IMG/VR virus record: IMGVR_UViG_3300008117_006248
Location: 24,691 to 88,690 of that record
Strand: one strand, 5' to 3'
Source: a virus
DNA length: 64,000 bases
Position 1 is the first letter of the stretch. Every line of letters starts with the position of its first letter. The position numbers were made by a program, and so were the translations under genes. Shown here piece by piece: positions 20,201 to 32,500 of this stretch. Under the pieces are notes generated by a model. It saw nothing but the letters and a program-made list of their open reading frames with translations. It was not told the DNA's origin and ran no database searches.

Positions 20201-20778
20201 CTATCTTTTCTAGCTAAATATTTATCCTTACTTAGAATTATAGTTTTCCAACTTTCTGCGTCTTTTCTCTTATAAAAAAGCTCTAACCCTGATAAAGCAG
20301 ATATATTGAACTCTTCTGTCGGCGCTAACACTAATTGCGCATTTACTAAATCATAAGTTTTAGGCTCTCTTTTTATAGAAAAGCTTTCTATGACGCTTGT
20401 TGGTAAATCTGTTATAGTTGAACTCGATGGATCTATGGTAATAGGCTCGGTGGATACTGTCCCAATAGAATTAGAAGCCGTTAATATGAATCTAGTTTTA
20501 TATACTCTGTCTACCTCAAAAGACTTGAACTTTACAGTTTGTGCGTCAAATAATTCTGGCTCTCCTACGGGTTCTTCATCTCCATTTTTGGTAGTAAAAA
20601 ATTGCTTTGATAAAACAGCCGAAGAAGCATTTAAAACTATTATTATTAAATTAAACTTATCTAAATTGTTTTCGTATTTTTCTACGGTTAGGCCCACTGT
20701 AGGCAAAGAAGATGTTCCCGGGTCTTCTCTATTTACAGCTATTGGATATGATTTTTGTTGTGTTAATCTTATTGGCAT
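17281..20778 (-). CDS. Putative virion structural protein (1165 aa)
   Basis: Long ORF in the tail operon; Ig/PKD-like LTASNSIG segment and a GKIVGIQITDPGHGY baseplate-type repeat motif. Confidence 0.6.
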   Translation of the reverse strand: MPIRLTQQKSYPIAVNREDPGTSSLPTVGLTVEKYENNLDKFNLIIIVLNASSAVLSKQFFTTKNGDEEPVGEPELFDAQTVKFKSFEVDRVYKTRFILTASNSIGTVSTEPITIDPSSSTITDLPTSVIESFSIKREPKTYDLVNAQLVLAPTEEFNISALSGLELFYKRKDAESWKTIILSKDKYLARKDSKGKISGYIFNFNKQSIIRSDSGGYFDFYIKVSFDRFTPQTTEQKTLFFDNIDNAEPQRPIDSSISTNIIDVVNPATLRYEIYTKFSEVYTISNNRTESIQGDEITSAEPTYSHGFLDTSVFKGLDIGNYYFTNGVGNDFFYYEPNYTKTNNETKGYFYPASVTEIHPCIITNKEGLANKSIVLFWKINDDFFDYSFFENKISIKTTLFQVKLQYKSGASYVDLTKAITITKDPTTTSATENKKFGFFTKSQKFVLSIERDVDIIAAQRSLFDRIDELEDNKNDNLRLLVVKHEVECTSSGRTKSLSFSKLLIPPYWRYIAYDKYVPLNAETRSEKDKKINLDLNSPVLRGIRIPEAGFYKYDELKGITTSDGRSSSSTFDFKIFYKLACEYDVFYRDPVLEGTVNSILLPSVPKDVFLIPPTLKIPPPNLVPESQGGKRAEGIVKLNEYGKIVGIQITDPGHGYSLFKNLQSKREQTFTDLVPFVKRSFQIVANDLNINRSVLVLQNNSFDRDNLKASIEGGVRLASVYSDKQRLEQNNGNPFSVEQKARLDEYLNFSIPEEQPNSENSVAFYDLDATPEEKDVSSIGILDETWNIISKLYTDKFTNPLENSQIYTEDTDAGVSEVEDSTISSTIEPTKDSSAITPVSLNPNVEQKSADGGVPELFSLNNLTVVPDGSAAVFSTSRFTPPPWLTLLPLSVRGDGQYGFGPLPNMLPRAEMFNRLVMGINNLNEVRVILPMIWAVDQKNSYNAWFESSLGDNEFDLISFNTNGTKEALTNEASLYLPINSSIAVSASRSVGRVELKSDKAEPLGLAQGIYKVSSEDSMTLSFKPFLHPLMAGAFKESYLRTFRRKILGIVTEQTTSCVNNSAPIGVGGYTAIGCRGLNNDSYEKYVPPGTLLPTANTVPNTYFQFYNAGGTIEANARGTAQALSVSNGRINGEAIFCTYGCGDSYSKAIDFTYANMFPGTIKI

Positions 20779-23588
20779 TATTGTATCTCCGAGTCTAGGA
20801 TTGGTTGATATTTAGCTTGGAACACAGCGTCTGTATCATTAAAAAGAGTGCTGTTTTGTATTTTAAATTTAAAAATATATTCAGTCACTCTTTCTGAAAT
20901 TACACCATCTAAGTCTTTATTAGAGTCGGCTGATTCAAGTAGCAAAATTTCAGGCTTGTAGTTTGAGTTCAAATAGCTAGAATAATTCCCTACAGGAATT
21001 ACATTTCCATCAACATCTTTTAACTGCAAAAACGCCCAAAAAAATTCTCCCTTTGTTATCTCAGATATTTCTGTACTCAATATATTCGATGAATAATCAG
21101 AATATAAAATAACTTCTGCTTCCCCTATTTTAGACGGCACAGAGTATGAGTTAGAAGAGGTTTGAGTGCTTTCTGCTTTAGATGGATTCGCTGCAGATAT
21201 TATATTCCTAACTGTTGCTCTAGCCCTCAGAGATGTAACTTGATTATTTATTTTTATGTTATTTATTTGTATTGTTCTTTGCCTAGTCAATCCAGATGTA
21301 AAGTAATATTCTATATCATCAAATTTTTCTTTTATTAATATAGGACCATATAGCTGCTGATCATTTTGATCTATAATAGAGTATTCGACCTCATCCGCAT
21401 AAGTATAAGTCAAAGGAAAAGATATCGACGCATTTGGGTAATCAAGCTGCACTCTAGACAAAGAAAAAGAATTACAAACCGGAGGATTAGAAACTGAAGT
21501 GTTTAAGAATGTGAAAGGAAAATTAAATGGCACTTCTCCATCTGCTAAAAATGAAAGAATTATTCTATTTTCTTTATCTAATAATCTAAATAAGTTAGAC
21601 TTTGTTATCACTGCCGAAGAAACCCCGGCGCTTAAAACCATCGGCCTCAAAGTCGGATCATTCCCTAATCTTAAAAACATCGAAGAATATTTAGTATTAA
21701 CTAAACTATAAGCTAATTGGAATGTGTAAGATCCCCCCTCCGTTATATAATCTGAAAAAACAGTATAGTCAAGTATTTGATCTTGAGACAAGTCAGTAAA
21801 TGTTAAAGAACTAGACGAATTTCTATTTTCGTCATAGATTGTTTTTGTTACGCCTCCTATTTTTATTGTTAAAGTAAAAGCTGGTATTGTTATGTTTCTA
21901 ATTAATTCTATTGATTGTTCGTCCGTTGAGTATTGATTTCTTATTGTATTTCCAAAATCATAATAGAAATTAAATGCTTTGCAAGAAAAAGTCCCGACTT
22001 TTCCTGTCGAGCTTATTATTGTTGTTTGATTTGTCCCATTAGCAGTGTCTGTCACGTTCACAGAAATGGTTGATTCTTGATTAAATCTATAGACTAACCT
22101 TGTAGCAAAATCAGTTTTGATTATAATTTGTTTTGCTTCAGTGTCCTCGTCTATTGAAACTATTCTTGGAATTTTAATTTCGACAGGAATATCCAAAGAA
22201 TAATCTGTTCCATCAGCATCTGTCTCTACTACCTTAAAAACCCTGAATCTTAATGTTATGGCTGTTATTGTTCCTGAGTCGGATAGAACCGTTCCATCAG
22301 AAATTTCTTTAATGCTAAAGTATTTTGACAAATCTAAAACTTGGTCTATATAAGATACAGTCGCTGAAGCAACGCTTCCGTTATCCTTGAAAGCATGATA
22401 AACCGTTCCATCAAAATATTTTATATATCTAAAATTATATCCCCATATGTCTGCTTTTACTGTATTAACCGATGCGAAGTTTTTGTATAATTCTAGTGTT
22501 TGATCTGCTTTTAATGAAAAAACTGCTATTACTGTTTTTGCTGTTCCATTAATTGGACAAATTTGTTGATCTTCAAATATTTTTATTACTCCATTTACAT
22601 TTACGGAAACTTCTCCAGCATTACTTGTGCATGTTATTGTATTATTAGGAGCTACAGATACTGAAGAATTGCAAACGTCAACATATTCAAATGATATTTC
22701 AGACGATATGTTTTCTAAAGTAGCGTCGTTAGTTTTTTCTAATTGAAAAGAAACTGGTCCATGAAAAACACTTTTAGTCACCCATCCATCTGACGTAACT
22801 AGAAGGATAAAAGGACAAAAATAGTCGCTTAACTTGATCGAACATTCTGTTAGTTGATCATCTAAATAATATCTTTGCGTGCCTGGATCATAATAAAATT
22901 TATTAGAAAAATCTTCTAAATAATCATGACTTTTATTTTCTATCAAAATTAAATTTTTATAGTAAAAAGTAGCGGGTGATGCGGTGGGAGTAATTTTATA
23001 ATTTAAAATTTTGCAATAACTATAGTTTATATAAACATTATTTGTAGGCACTTTATTTATGTCTATATCAGACATATTAAAAGAAAGCATCGTGGCAGAA
23101 CTACCATCTCCAGAAGGAAGCAATTTATGATATATTTTATTTATTAGCAGCGCGGAATAAGAATATATATCGACCTCAAATACGCTAAGAGCTTCTGCGC
23201 TTACTATTGTTCTTCTTTCTATAAAATTTCCTGCTCCCAATTGCACGTTGCCCATGGTCCCGCCTACGCCATTACTCCCAGCGCCACCATTATCGCTAAC
23301 GCATTTTAATTGGCCTGATCTATAACCGGCAGATAAGTAAAGATTTGATATGTCTAAAGCTGTACCGCCGCCATCTAAACCCAAAGCATCAGTCCAAAAT
23401 AAATTAGCATTATTAGCCACCCCGAGATGGTCTAAATAATTTCTAGCTACACCCTTAACATAAGTTGGACTGTTAAAAGCCTCCGAAGGAGAAGTCAAAT
23501 ACTGATTATCGCTAAATATAGAAGCGTAAGAATCAGAAAAAGCATTATCCGCATAAAAAAAATCAGCTCTTACATAAAAAGATGACAT
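20778..23588 (-). CDS. Putative virion structural protein (936 aa)
   Basis: Long beta-rich S/T/N/Y-rich ORF, stop/start coupled within the tail operon. Confidence 0.55.
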   Translation of the reverse strand: MSSFYVRADFFYADNAFSDSYASIFSDNQYLTSPSEAFNSPTYVKGVARNYLDHLGVANNANLFWTDALGLDGGGTALDISNLYLSAGYRSGQLKCVSDNGGAGSNGVGGTMGNVQLGAGNFIERRTIVSAEALSVFEVDIYSYSALLINKIYHKLLPSGDGSSATMLSFNMSDIDINKVPTNNVYINYSYCKILNYKITPTASPATFYYKNLILIENKSHDYLEDFSNKFYYDPGTQRYYLDDQLTECSIKLSDYFCPFILLVTSDGWVTKSVFHGPVSFQLEKTNDATLENISSEISFEYVDVCNSSVSVAPNNTITCTSNAGEVSVNVNGVIKIFEDQQICPINGTAKTVIAVFSLKADQTLELYKNFASVNTVKADIWGYNFRYIKYFDGTVYHAFKDNGSVASATVSYIDQVLDLSKYFSIKEISDGTVLSDSGTITAITLRFRVFKVVETDADGTDYSLDIPVEIKIPRIVSIDEDTEAKQIIIKTDFATRLVYRFNQESTISVNVTDTANGTNQTTIISSTGKVGTFSCKAFNFYYDFGNTIRNQYSTDEQSIELIRNITIPAFTLTIKIGGVTKTIYDENRNSSSSLTFTDLSQDQILDYTVFSDYITEGGSYTFQLAYSLVNTKYSSMFLRLGNDPTLRPMVLSAGVSSAVITKSNLFRLLDKENRIILSFLADGEVPFNFPFTFLNTSVSNPPVCNSFSLSRVQLDYPNASISFPLTYTYADEVEYSIIDQNDQQLYGPILIKEKFDDIEYYFTSGLTRQRTIQINNIKINNQVTSLRARATVRNIISAANPSKAESTQTSSNSYSVPSKIGEAEVILYSDYSSNILSTEISEITKGEFFWAFLQLKDVDGNVIPVGNYSSYLNSNYKPEILLLESADSNKDLDGVISERVTEYIFKFKIQNSTLFNDTDAVFQAKYQPILDSEIQ

Positions 23589-23589
23589 A

Positions 23590-26500
23590 TTATTTTCTAT
23601 TTATAATTTTAATTACAGAAGATTTAGAGAAATCGTCAAATTTAATATCTGGCGCACTCTTTATCTTGCTTATTGTTATATTCACTTCTATATCAGAATT
23701 ATTAATTATATTATAATTTGCATCTACTGTATTTTCTGGGAACAAGCTTTCTACATAAAGACCGCCTATTTCCATTTCGCTTTGTGGCAGTAAAGTATTG
23801 TCGGCTGTTTGAGATTGACCCAATAGCTTTTTGATATTATTTATTTGAGTTGGGTTTAGATTTGCGTCTAAGCCAATCGTAAGCTGTCTATTATCAGGCA
23901 TCTGCCTAACTGGGCTCAAAGCAGAAAAGAACGAATAATTATAATTAAATATAGGAGACCTAAGCCCCGTCTTCTTTATCTCGCATCTTTTAAATGTTAT
24001 TGTTTTATTTGTGCCTTCTAGATTTATAGTTATAGTTTGGCTGTTGTCGATAGCGCTAATAGTCCACCAATCATCAACGTAATCGGAGTTTAACCAAAAA
24101 GCCGACTGGTCTCTTGGTATCCAAGCTATAATACTATTTGCAGTTGACTTGTACGCATTTCTAATTTGAGCTTTGAATAACTCAAGTTGATCCACGGCGA
24201 CCTCTTCTTCTTCAGTTATGCTTGCGTCTGCCCCACCTTCTTCCCCTTTCTCCTCGGCTTTATTAAACGGCCTGTCTATGTCTTCTACGACTTTATACAA
24301 ACGAACGAAATTAGGATACTTTATTTCATAAGTTGTTACATCTTCTCCCACAAATGTCTCGCCATCTGAATAAAACTTTCCTTTATATTTTAAATAAGGC
24401 AACTCTGTAGTGTTGGTAAACGCCGTGTCTGTTGGTATATTTATATTATCAAAAAAGCTCTGGCTTATGCTTACTTGATATTTAATTCCATTTTGTATGC
24501 CCGGCAAAGTATAAGTCGATTGGTAGGCATCAAAGAATAAAAATCTATAAATTGTTTCATGGCCGATTCCTACTTCGTATCCTACCACATTAGAAGGCGA
24601 ATCCGTTGGTATGTCTTTGCCATTATAGTAATTTCTAAGAGCCAGATTTATTGTCGTAGAAGTTCCATCTTTAGATAATAGTTTAACATATGATTTTTGC
24701 TCCACTTGATTGTCGTCTAGTATTGGCAAAAGCTCTTCATTTCTTATTATTCCCAAATTTAGAGTTATTTCTCTCTGTGTCGATATCGCCGTGTTAGGAT
24801 TGAATATGCAATAAAATTCGTCCCTAGCTTTTGCTTTTTTCAAATATCTAGAAACAACTCCGCTTGTCGGACCAGCTTCTACGATCATCACTGAATTTCT
24901 ATAGACTTTTCTTCTTCTATTTTCATCACTTAATATATTTACAAAAATATCTCTTGGACAATTATTTATCAAGAAAATTTGCTGCCCATAGCTTGGTGCA
25001 GTTACCGTCAAGTCATTATTATTATCTGTTAATAGATAATGCCCGGCTGTTGTTATTCTATAGACTGGTTTTAACAAATTATACGATTGAGTATTATTTG
25101 TTAAATTCATCGAAGCTAAATTTGTTATATATATGCCTCTGAAATTATTAACTACTGTTTCTATAATGGCTTGATCAGCATAATAATAAGAAGAAGCGTA
25201 CGTCTCGTCTTTTATTAAAGGAGTGATTATGATATTTTTATTATCTTTATCTGACTCTTTTTCCCCAGCAAAACTAACGTAATCATAAATACCATTCAAG
25301 AAAAACTTCAAATCAGTTTTTAATAAATAGTTCGTAGAAGAATCTTTCTTTGATATATAATAAATTCCTTTTTCGTAAGACCCCAAGAAACTAACTCTGG
25401 AATCACTTATTTCTATAAAAGATTTTGGCGGTATAGAACAAAAAGTCTCTGTAGCAAAATCAAAAAAGATGCTTAAATAATAAGGTGTATTATTGTAAAT
25501 ATAGAACTTTTCTGATCCAAGAAGCCCAGCGTTTAATAGCTTCAAACTATACGAGTCGAAGAAATTGCCAGAACTGTTTACTTGAGAAGAGCCGTAAATA
25601 AACAATTTACTATTAGCATCATAAGAAGTTAAATCTTTAAGGTCAAGAACTCCGAATTCTCTGTTTTTTATTATTATTTCTTCTGCTTTATTTTTTGAGT
25701 TATATCTAAATAAATATGTATACTTGCTATTGCCTATATTTTGAATGACCTTTATTCTTGCTCCAAATTTTAGATTTGGATAAAGTTCATTTACTGTTTG
25801 TGTTAGATTTTCTGGCGCTCTTCCTTCTGCATAGTTGAGCGTTGTCACTGAAAAAACTGACGAAGCATTTAAATCTAAGCTAGATGCAGTAAACAAGTTT
25901 TGAGTGGCATTTCTAATTACTCTTGTCAAAGCTCCATTGCCTAGCAACGAATTATTAGAGCCAATGTACATTCTATATTTGCAAGGATTAAAAACATAAA
26001 AATCTCTAAATGATTTATCAATAAAACTATTGATGTCTACATTGAATCTATTAAAATTTGGAAGATATAAAAACTCATTGCCCCCTACTATTTCCGTGGT
26101 TGATAGCCCAGATATTCCTTTCAGATTTCTAGCCGTAGCAAATACTTTTTTAACTTGAGGCAAACTAGATGTTTCCTTTACCCAAGCAGAGCCGCTCACA
26201 GAATATAAAGCTATTGAATTTACATCAAGTAAATTGCTAGTCACCGCTGTGGAATAATTATAAATTGAATTCGGAGCAGAAGAATCTGACTTTACTAAAT
26301 TAACAAATAATATCTTTTTGCCCGATAGCAATGAAGCCAAAGTCGAACCACCAATACTTATATCAAGATTTGGCAAGTAAAATTTAGATGAGTATTTAGT
26401 TATTGGAATTAATATAACATTTGGCAAACCATTTATTGCATTTTGTGATTTAAAAAACTTAGTTAAATCAGTATGATTTGTATCTATAACTTTTAAATTA

Positions 26501-29500
26501 TATGCCCCGGCGTTGAACTCATCACTTACTCTGTCGGTCAAATAAAATTGCTCCTTCTTTATCTTTGTTCCATCGTAAGATGCAAAAAGATAAAAATCAT
26601 TGACAATATACTTTTTATCGCCTAATTGAGTTATGTCGATAGCTTTTCTCCCATAGCAGTAAATAATTTTCGAAGTTGAAACTGATACGGAAGAATAAAC
26701 GTCAAAAACTGAATAATCAATATCCAGTTTAATAGCGTCACCATCTATATCAATAAACGCATCTTGTATTAAATCTATCTTAGAAAAACCAGCCGCCCAC
26801 AAGGAAGCCAAAGGATGTTCTGCTTCTAAATCAAAGGCTTGATTACTTAGCGCTATAGAGGTCGGCAAATAAGACACGTTTTCTACTTCGCCAAAAATGT
26901 TTGAATCGCTAAAATCAGTAGTATCTGTAGTAACTGTGTAAGGCGCTCCAGTATATGTAAACAATTTTTGATTATTACCAGAAGATGGCAAAAGCGTATG
27001 CACAAGAACTCCACTCAATGTTTTTATTTCATATGGCCTTCCTGAAACATTTTTAATTACAAAAGAAATCGTTGCTGAAATATCCGGCAAAATAATAGAA
27101 TCTACATCTGCTTTGTCTGCTTCTATTATATAATAAAATGTTGTGCCTCCTGATTTTCTAGTATTAGTTCTTTCAGAATTTACTTGCGCTATGAAGAATT
27201 CTTTGTTATTGTATATTGGATATACATAATTCGCTCCAGAGTTTTTTACTAAGCGGTTTTTCTTAAGAGTTTTTGTAACTGAATCTACTGAAACTGTAAC
27301 AGTATCATAAGCAAAATTTATTAAAATCTGATCTGTCGCTAATGCATTAGGAAAGCTTTTAGCAGTCGATCCGCTCTCACTTTCGTAACTGAATATTCTG
27401 GCGTCCGGTATTAAAGGCTTAGAAGCCTGAAGTCTTCCATTAACATACTCATCTGGAGCATAATCAAAATCAATAGAATTAACTTCTTTTATTCTATATA
27501 GATTATTGCCATCCGCTGAATCAAATGATTGTATTCCGACGGATTGTTCCAATGTCGGCAAAAATATCTTTCCTTTATACCCATATTTTCTATTATAGCT
27601 ATCTTTTATTGTAAATGTGTCTATTTGGCTATTTCTAATATAAAAATAGTCTTCATGATATCTATCTATTACATTATCCTCTAAATCAATAACAGTGCCG
27701 TTTACATTTCTGCTTAAGAAACTTGTTCTTTGCAATATTGGCAAAGCGTCAGAACTTGAACCAGTTACCCTTAAACATATTGAATTTTGAGCTAAATCCC
27801 CTATTTCATTTATTTCCAATGTAGAAGGATTATCTTCTGTAGATATTATGTTCTCGGTATCTTTTACTGATTCTTTATTAATTTTATTTGGTAAAAATCT
27901 ATTTCTGCAAATCAGGAACAGTTCTTTATTTTGAAGGCTAGAGGCAGGCGGCAAGTTGATTTGAGTTCCGCAGAAATTCAAGTCTAAAATATTAATAGAA
28001 GACGAAATCAAAGAATTATCTATATCAAAATAAAAATGACTCAGAGTTTCGTTTAGGATATCTAATCTGACAACTTGCGTCGAGCCTACTGTCACCAACA
28101 TTGCTCTTGCTATTTGGTTTTCTGCTAGCGTATAGACTATATTTTCCTGGGTATTTCTATAGAAAAATACCGATTGGCTATTTTTATTTACAAAATAAAC
28201 GAAAGACTCTTTCGGCAACCCTGCGTCTAAAGATTTAAGATCTATATATTGAACCAAATCACCTTTAAGCAAAACTAATTGCTCTCTTGAATTTGACAAC
28301 TCAAAGAATGGCGAAGAAGAAGGATATATAATAGAGTAAGTCACCAGTGAAGCAGATTTTTGCGTTACTGTTAACTTGAAATCTTGATATTGCCTTTGCA
28401 AAACTTCTATAGAAGAGCCATTAATTATTCTTATATTTAATGCTCTATTTATAGATTCATCTTTCAGGAAAAAATAATCTCTAGTCGTTCCAACGGCGGT
28501 TGAGAATTGGGACAGGATTATATCTGTATCGTCTTTTAAGAGTTTAGTAGAATCTTCTTCTGTTTCTTTAGCTTTTAAATATATTTTTATTCCATCAAAA
28601 TAAGTTTTCTGAGATTTTGAAGCGGATGAGCCATTCCAAGAAACATAGTTGAAAGAATCCGCATCTAAACTCAAACCATTGATAACTAATGAGTCTTTAG
28701 AAAAATTATAAATTGGCAGATTTGCAAAAGAATCAGCCGAAGAAAATTCTCCAGTTGTATGATTAAAATTTATAAACCCTTCTTTAGGATGATAAATTTT
28801 AGAGTCTTGCATTGTTACATTTGAATATGTACTTTGCGTTTGGATAGACTTAGTCACTCCATCGTCTGAAAACAACAGTTTTTTTGTTTGATTTGCCGAT
28901 ATAGAAACCGTAGATCCAAATGTTACGTTTATAGAAGAATTAGAGTCGTTTACTAGAGTTAAAGTTTTCGACGCTATTGAGCTGCTATTTAAAACAGTTA
29001 CGTTCGCACTTAAATAAAGAATATCATCATCTTGTTCTGCGTCTAGTAGATCAAAAGAAGAAGAAGGAAGCGAAGCAGCATTTGCTACAGTAATCACCCC
29101 ATTGTTGGATATTTTAGCGTATTGATTAGTGTTTACTGATGATCCCCCTACAAAACAACTTGCGTTTCCAGTGTTTAAAACATAAGATTCAAACGAAGAT
29201 GGAATATTCTCTAAAGATGCGTCCGCCTTGTCTGTCACGAAATAATATTCATTATAATCTTGATTTATTTTGAAACCAGAGGTTTTAGACTCAGGGTTAT
29301 TGAAGTCTAACAGTTGACTATAAGTTGGGCTAGAAACGCTTACCGGAGTGTAAGAAGCCACATTCTCGAACTTTGTTACTGTGTTTTGCTGGGAGTTTGA
29401 GTCCCCAACTTCAAAACCATATTCGCTGGCTAGAGTTTCTTTTTTCTTTACGACAGAAGATTTTATTCCGGAAACTACAATATCATAATAATTATTGCCA

Positions 29501-32500
29501 TTGGCACCGAAATTATAAACTCCTAGATCCACATTTCTTTGACTAACATCTGGTATAACATATGAAAAACTATTAATTCCAGAAGGCTCCGATCTTAAGA
29601 ATGTCAGTTTGTTGTTTCTATCTTTCTGATATATATTGTAATAACCACATCCAGCAACCTCATTCCAATCTACCTTAATCGGCAAAAAGTTTGTTTTTTT
29701 GATTACATTCGCTGAGTCAGAAGAAACTACTAATTTTTCTTGCTTAAAAATCCTAAATTCGTAATTCGCATCGTCTAAGAAAAGTGGCAAATTAGTCTTG
29801 AAAGCCACCATTGATAAATAATTTGGCGTCTCTAAGTCCTCTGCTGAAAAATAATAAGGAGATATCGCCGAATATTCCGCTGAAATAATATCTTTCGAGA
29901 ACCCAACGTCTTTCGACATCGTTGTCCACCCAGTAGAAGCCCCAGGGCCAGAAGATCCAGACGATCCAGAAGATCCAGCAGGTGCAGTTTTTAACTTGTA
30001 TTGCAAATCATACTCCCATCCATAATTAAAATTTATGGAATATGGAGATCCAGCATCGCCTATTAAAACTAAGTCCTTAGTATAAAAGTTATATTTTACT
30101 TTAGTTATCTGAAGCCTTCTTGTGTTCCTGAATCGCCCCTTGCCGTCTAGCACTTCTGTTGAAGGCCTTAATTTTGTTATGTAGCCATTTTCTAGTGTTT
30201 CTAAGACATAATTTGATTCGTATTTTTTAGAAGTTTCGTTTTCTTCTTTTATGTAAATATGATTTTCAAACAATCCGTCGCTTAAAGCGTTTATAGAAGA
30301 TGTCGTGATTGGTTTGCCCTCATAGTTTTTAGAGGTATAAGAGCCATTCGGGAAAAAGAATAATGTCGAAAGAAGTTCTTTGGTTTCTTCTTTATCGTCT
30401 TGAAAAAATCTAGGTTCAGAGAAATTAGAAGAATCTCTTGAGCCGTAGATATTATTATTTATTGGATTTTGATTAAAAAGTGTCCATTGATGATTTTCTA
30501 AATTTGCTACTACTTTATAATTATATGTTTGTATATTAATTCTAACTTTGGAAGGATCTAAAAGTGAACCAGAGTTATTTGCTATTGTGGTATTAATATA
30601 TGATTTTGTTATCTTTGCATCGCCTTCGTTTTCTTCTTGTTGAAAAACTGAATTTGTTAGTCCTTGTTTTATAAACTTCAAAACCACCAAATTTGAGAAA
30701 GACGCAGAAGTGGCAGATTCGCCGTTTTGCACATTACTCTTTATAAAAGACAGCGGAGCAGAAGAACTATTATATCCATATAAATGATAAGAATAAGATT
30801 TTGTATCTTGGTTCGATATTGTTATATTTGATGGAGGGGCGGCAGTCGCAGACCAAGCTCTAAAATTCGAAGTATCATCATAGCTAAAGCTGTTGCCAGT
30901 CACATATTCAATTCTGAACAATTTTTCCACTTCAATATCTTGGTCTTTGAACGATACTGCCCCGAAATTTTCGCCTGTCTGATAAGATAAACTGGCGGCA
31001 GAATTTTCCAAAAATCTTCTAAAAGACACTTCTTCATTGTAATCTTGCGCTGGATAGTAGTAATTTTGTTTACTTATTGTAAAACTATTAGCTTCGTATG
31101 GCTCATATGTTTGAACGCAGTAGAGTTTTTCGACCTCTTCAGCCGCTAAATCTGCGTCTCCCGGCGTATAAACTCCGCTTAAAATAGCTTGGTTAAGCTC
31201 AAATGCTTCGTTTGCTTTGTAAGACTTGGTGTATATTTCTCTTTCTACAAACACCCTAGGAGCTTTCGCGGTATTAGAACTAAAAGAATTCACTCCATCT
31301 GCGATAGCCGGGCCGCCTATTCTCTCATTTACATCTCGCAAAGCTTGAGAAAACAAAGTATTATAACTATTTTCTGATAAAGAAGGATAAACATTAAAAG
31401 ATGCTACATAATTTTTAGTATAAAAATAATTAACCGCTTTAAGCCAAGACTCTTGATTTACGTAATTATTTTTTGTTATTACCCCATCGCTTTGTATTTG
31501 AGTAACTGAACCGTTTTGTATTTTTAAACCGTCTGAAGCGTATCTGTTGTTATCAAAAAGCGCTGTGTCTCCCTTGCAAAGTCCTGTAGCGTCTATAAAA
31601 TAGCCATCACAAGTAGAGTTTACTACAGTTCTAAAAACAGGCTCTGAAGCAGTCGAATTTTTATCTTCATTAATATAATAAGCCAAAACCCCGAACTGAT
31701 CTCCACAAGACACAAAAGTAGGGCTTAATCCATAGTTTGACAGAGGAGTAACTATGTAACTTTCTCCGGTATTTAGATAATTTGAATAGAAGTCTCTAGT
31801 TATTATTTTTTTAGGAAGAGGAAAATTCGGCAAAGCTGTTTTATAAACAGGCATTTCATTATTTGCTTCCGTTAGCAAGTCTTGATCATTTTGGTCTATT
31901 TCAGCTCTGGTTTCCCAAGCCTCAGTATTTTCTGCCCTAGAATCCTCTTCTCCAAAATCATCGTTATAAGCTTTAGCTAAAGCATCAAAATTATCCTGTA
32001 TTGTTTTAGCCAATTGACTTTGGTCTTCTTCGTCTCCTGCTTCTGGAATTTGTATATCTTGAGCGTATTTTTCTGATTCATTTAATTGCTCTACGTCAAT
32101 CAAATCTTGAACGTTTTCATATCCGAATGGCTCACCATCTTCGCTTATTCTTGGATAAACTGCGCCACCTGCATTTAATGATATATTAACAGCACCAGCT
32201 CCTAGATTATAACTTGACATGACATACCCAGAAACCGCTGGTTTTTCTCTTGTGTTATATCTTTCTACTTGGACATCTAATTTATAAATTTCTTCTGTAT
32301 CGCCAGTAGTTAGGAGAATAAACTTAAACAAGTTATCGCTTTTGCTTAATTTGAATCCAGTGAAGAATGAGTCGTTCTTGATTTCTCTTGTTTTTATTTT
32401 GTCTGTATCTAATATATTTTGGAACTCTTCTTTAGTGAAAGAAATCTCTGTCACAGGTTCAAATGCATAACTTATTTGGCCATCTATTACTCCAGAGACC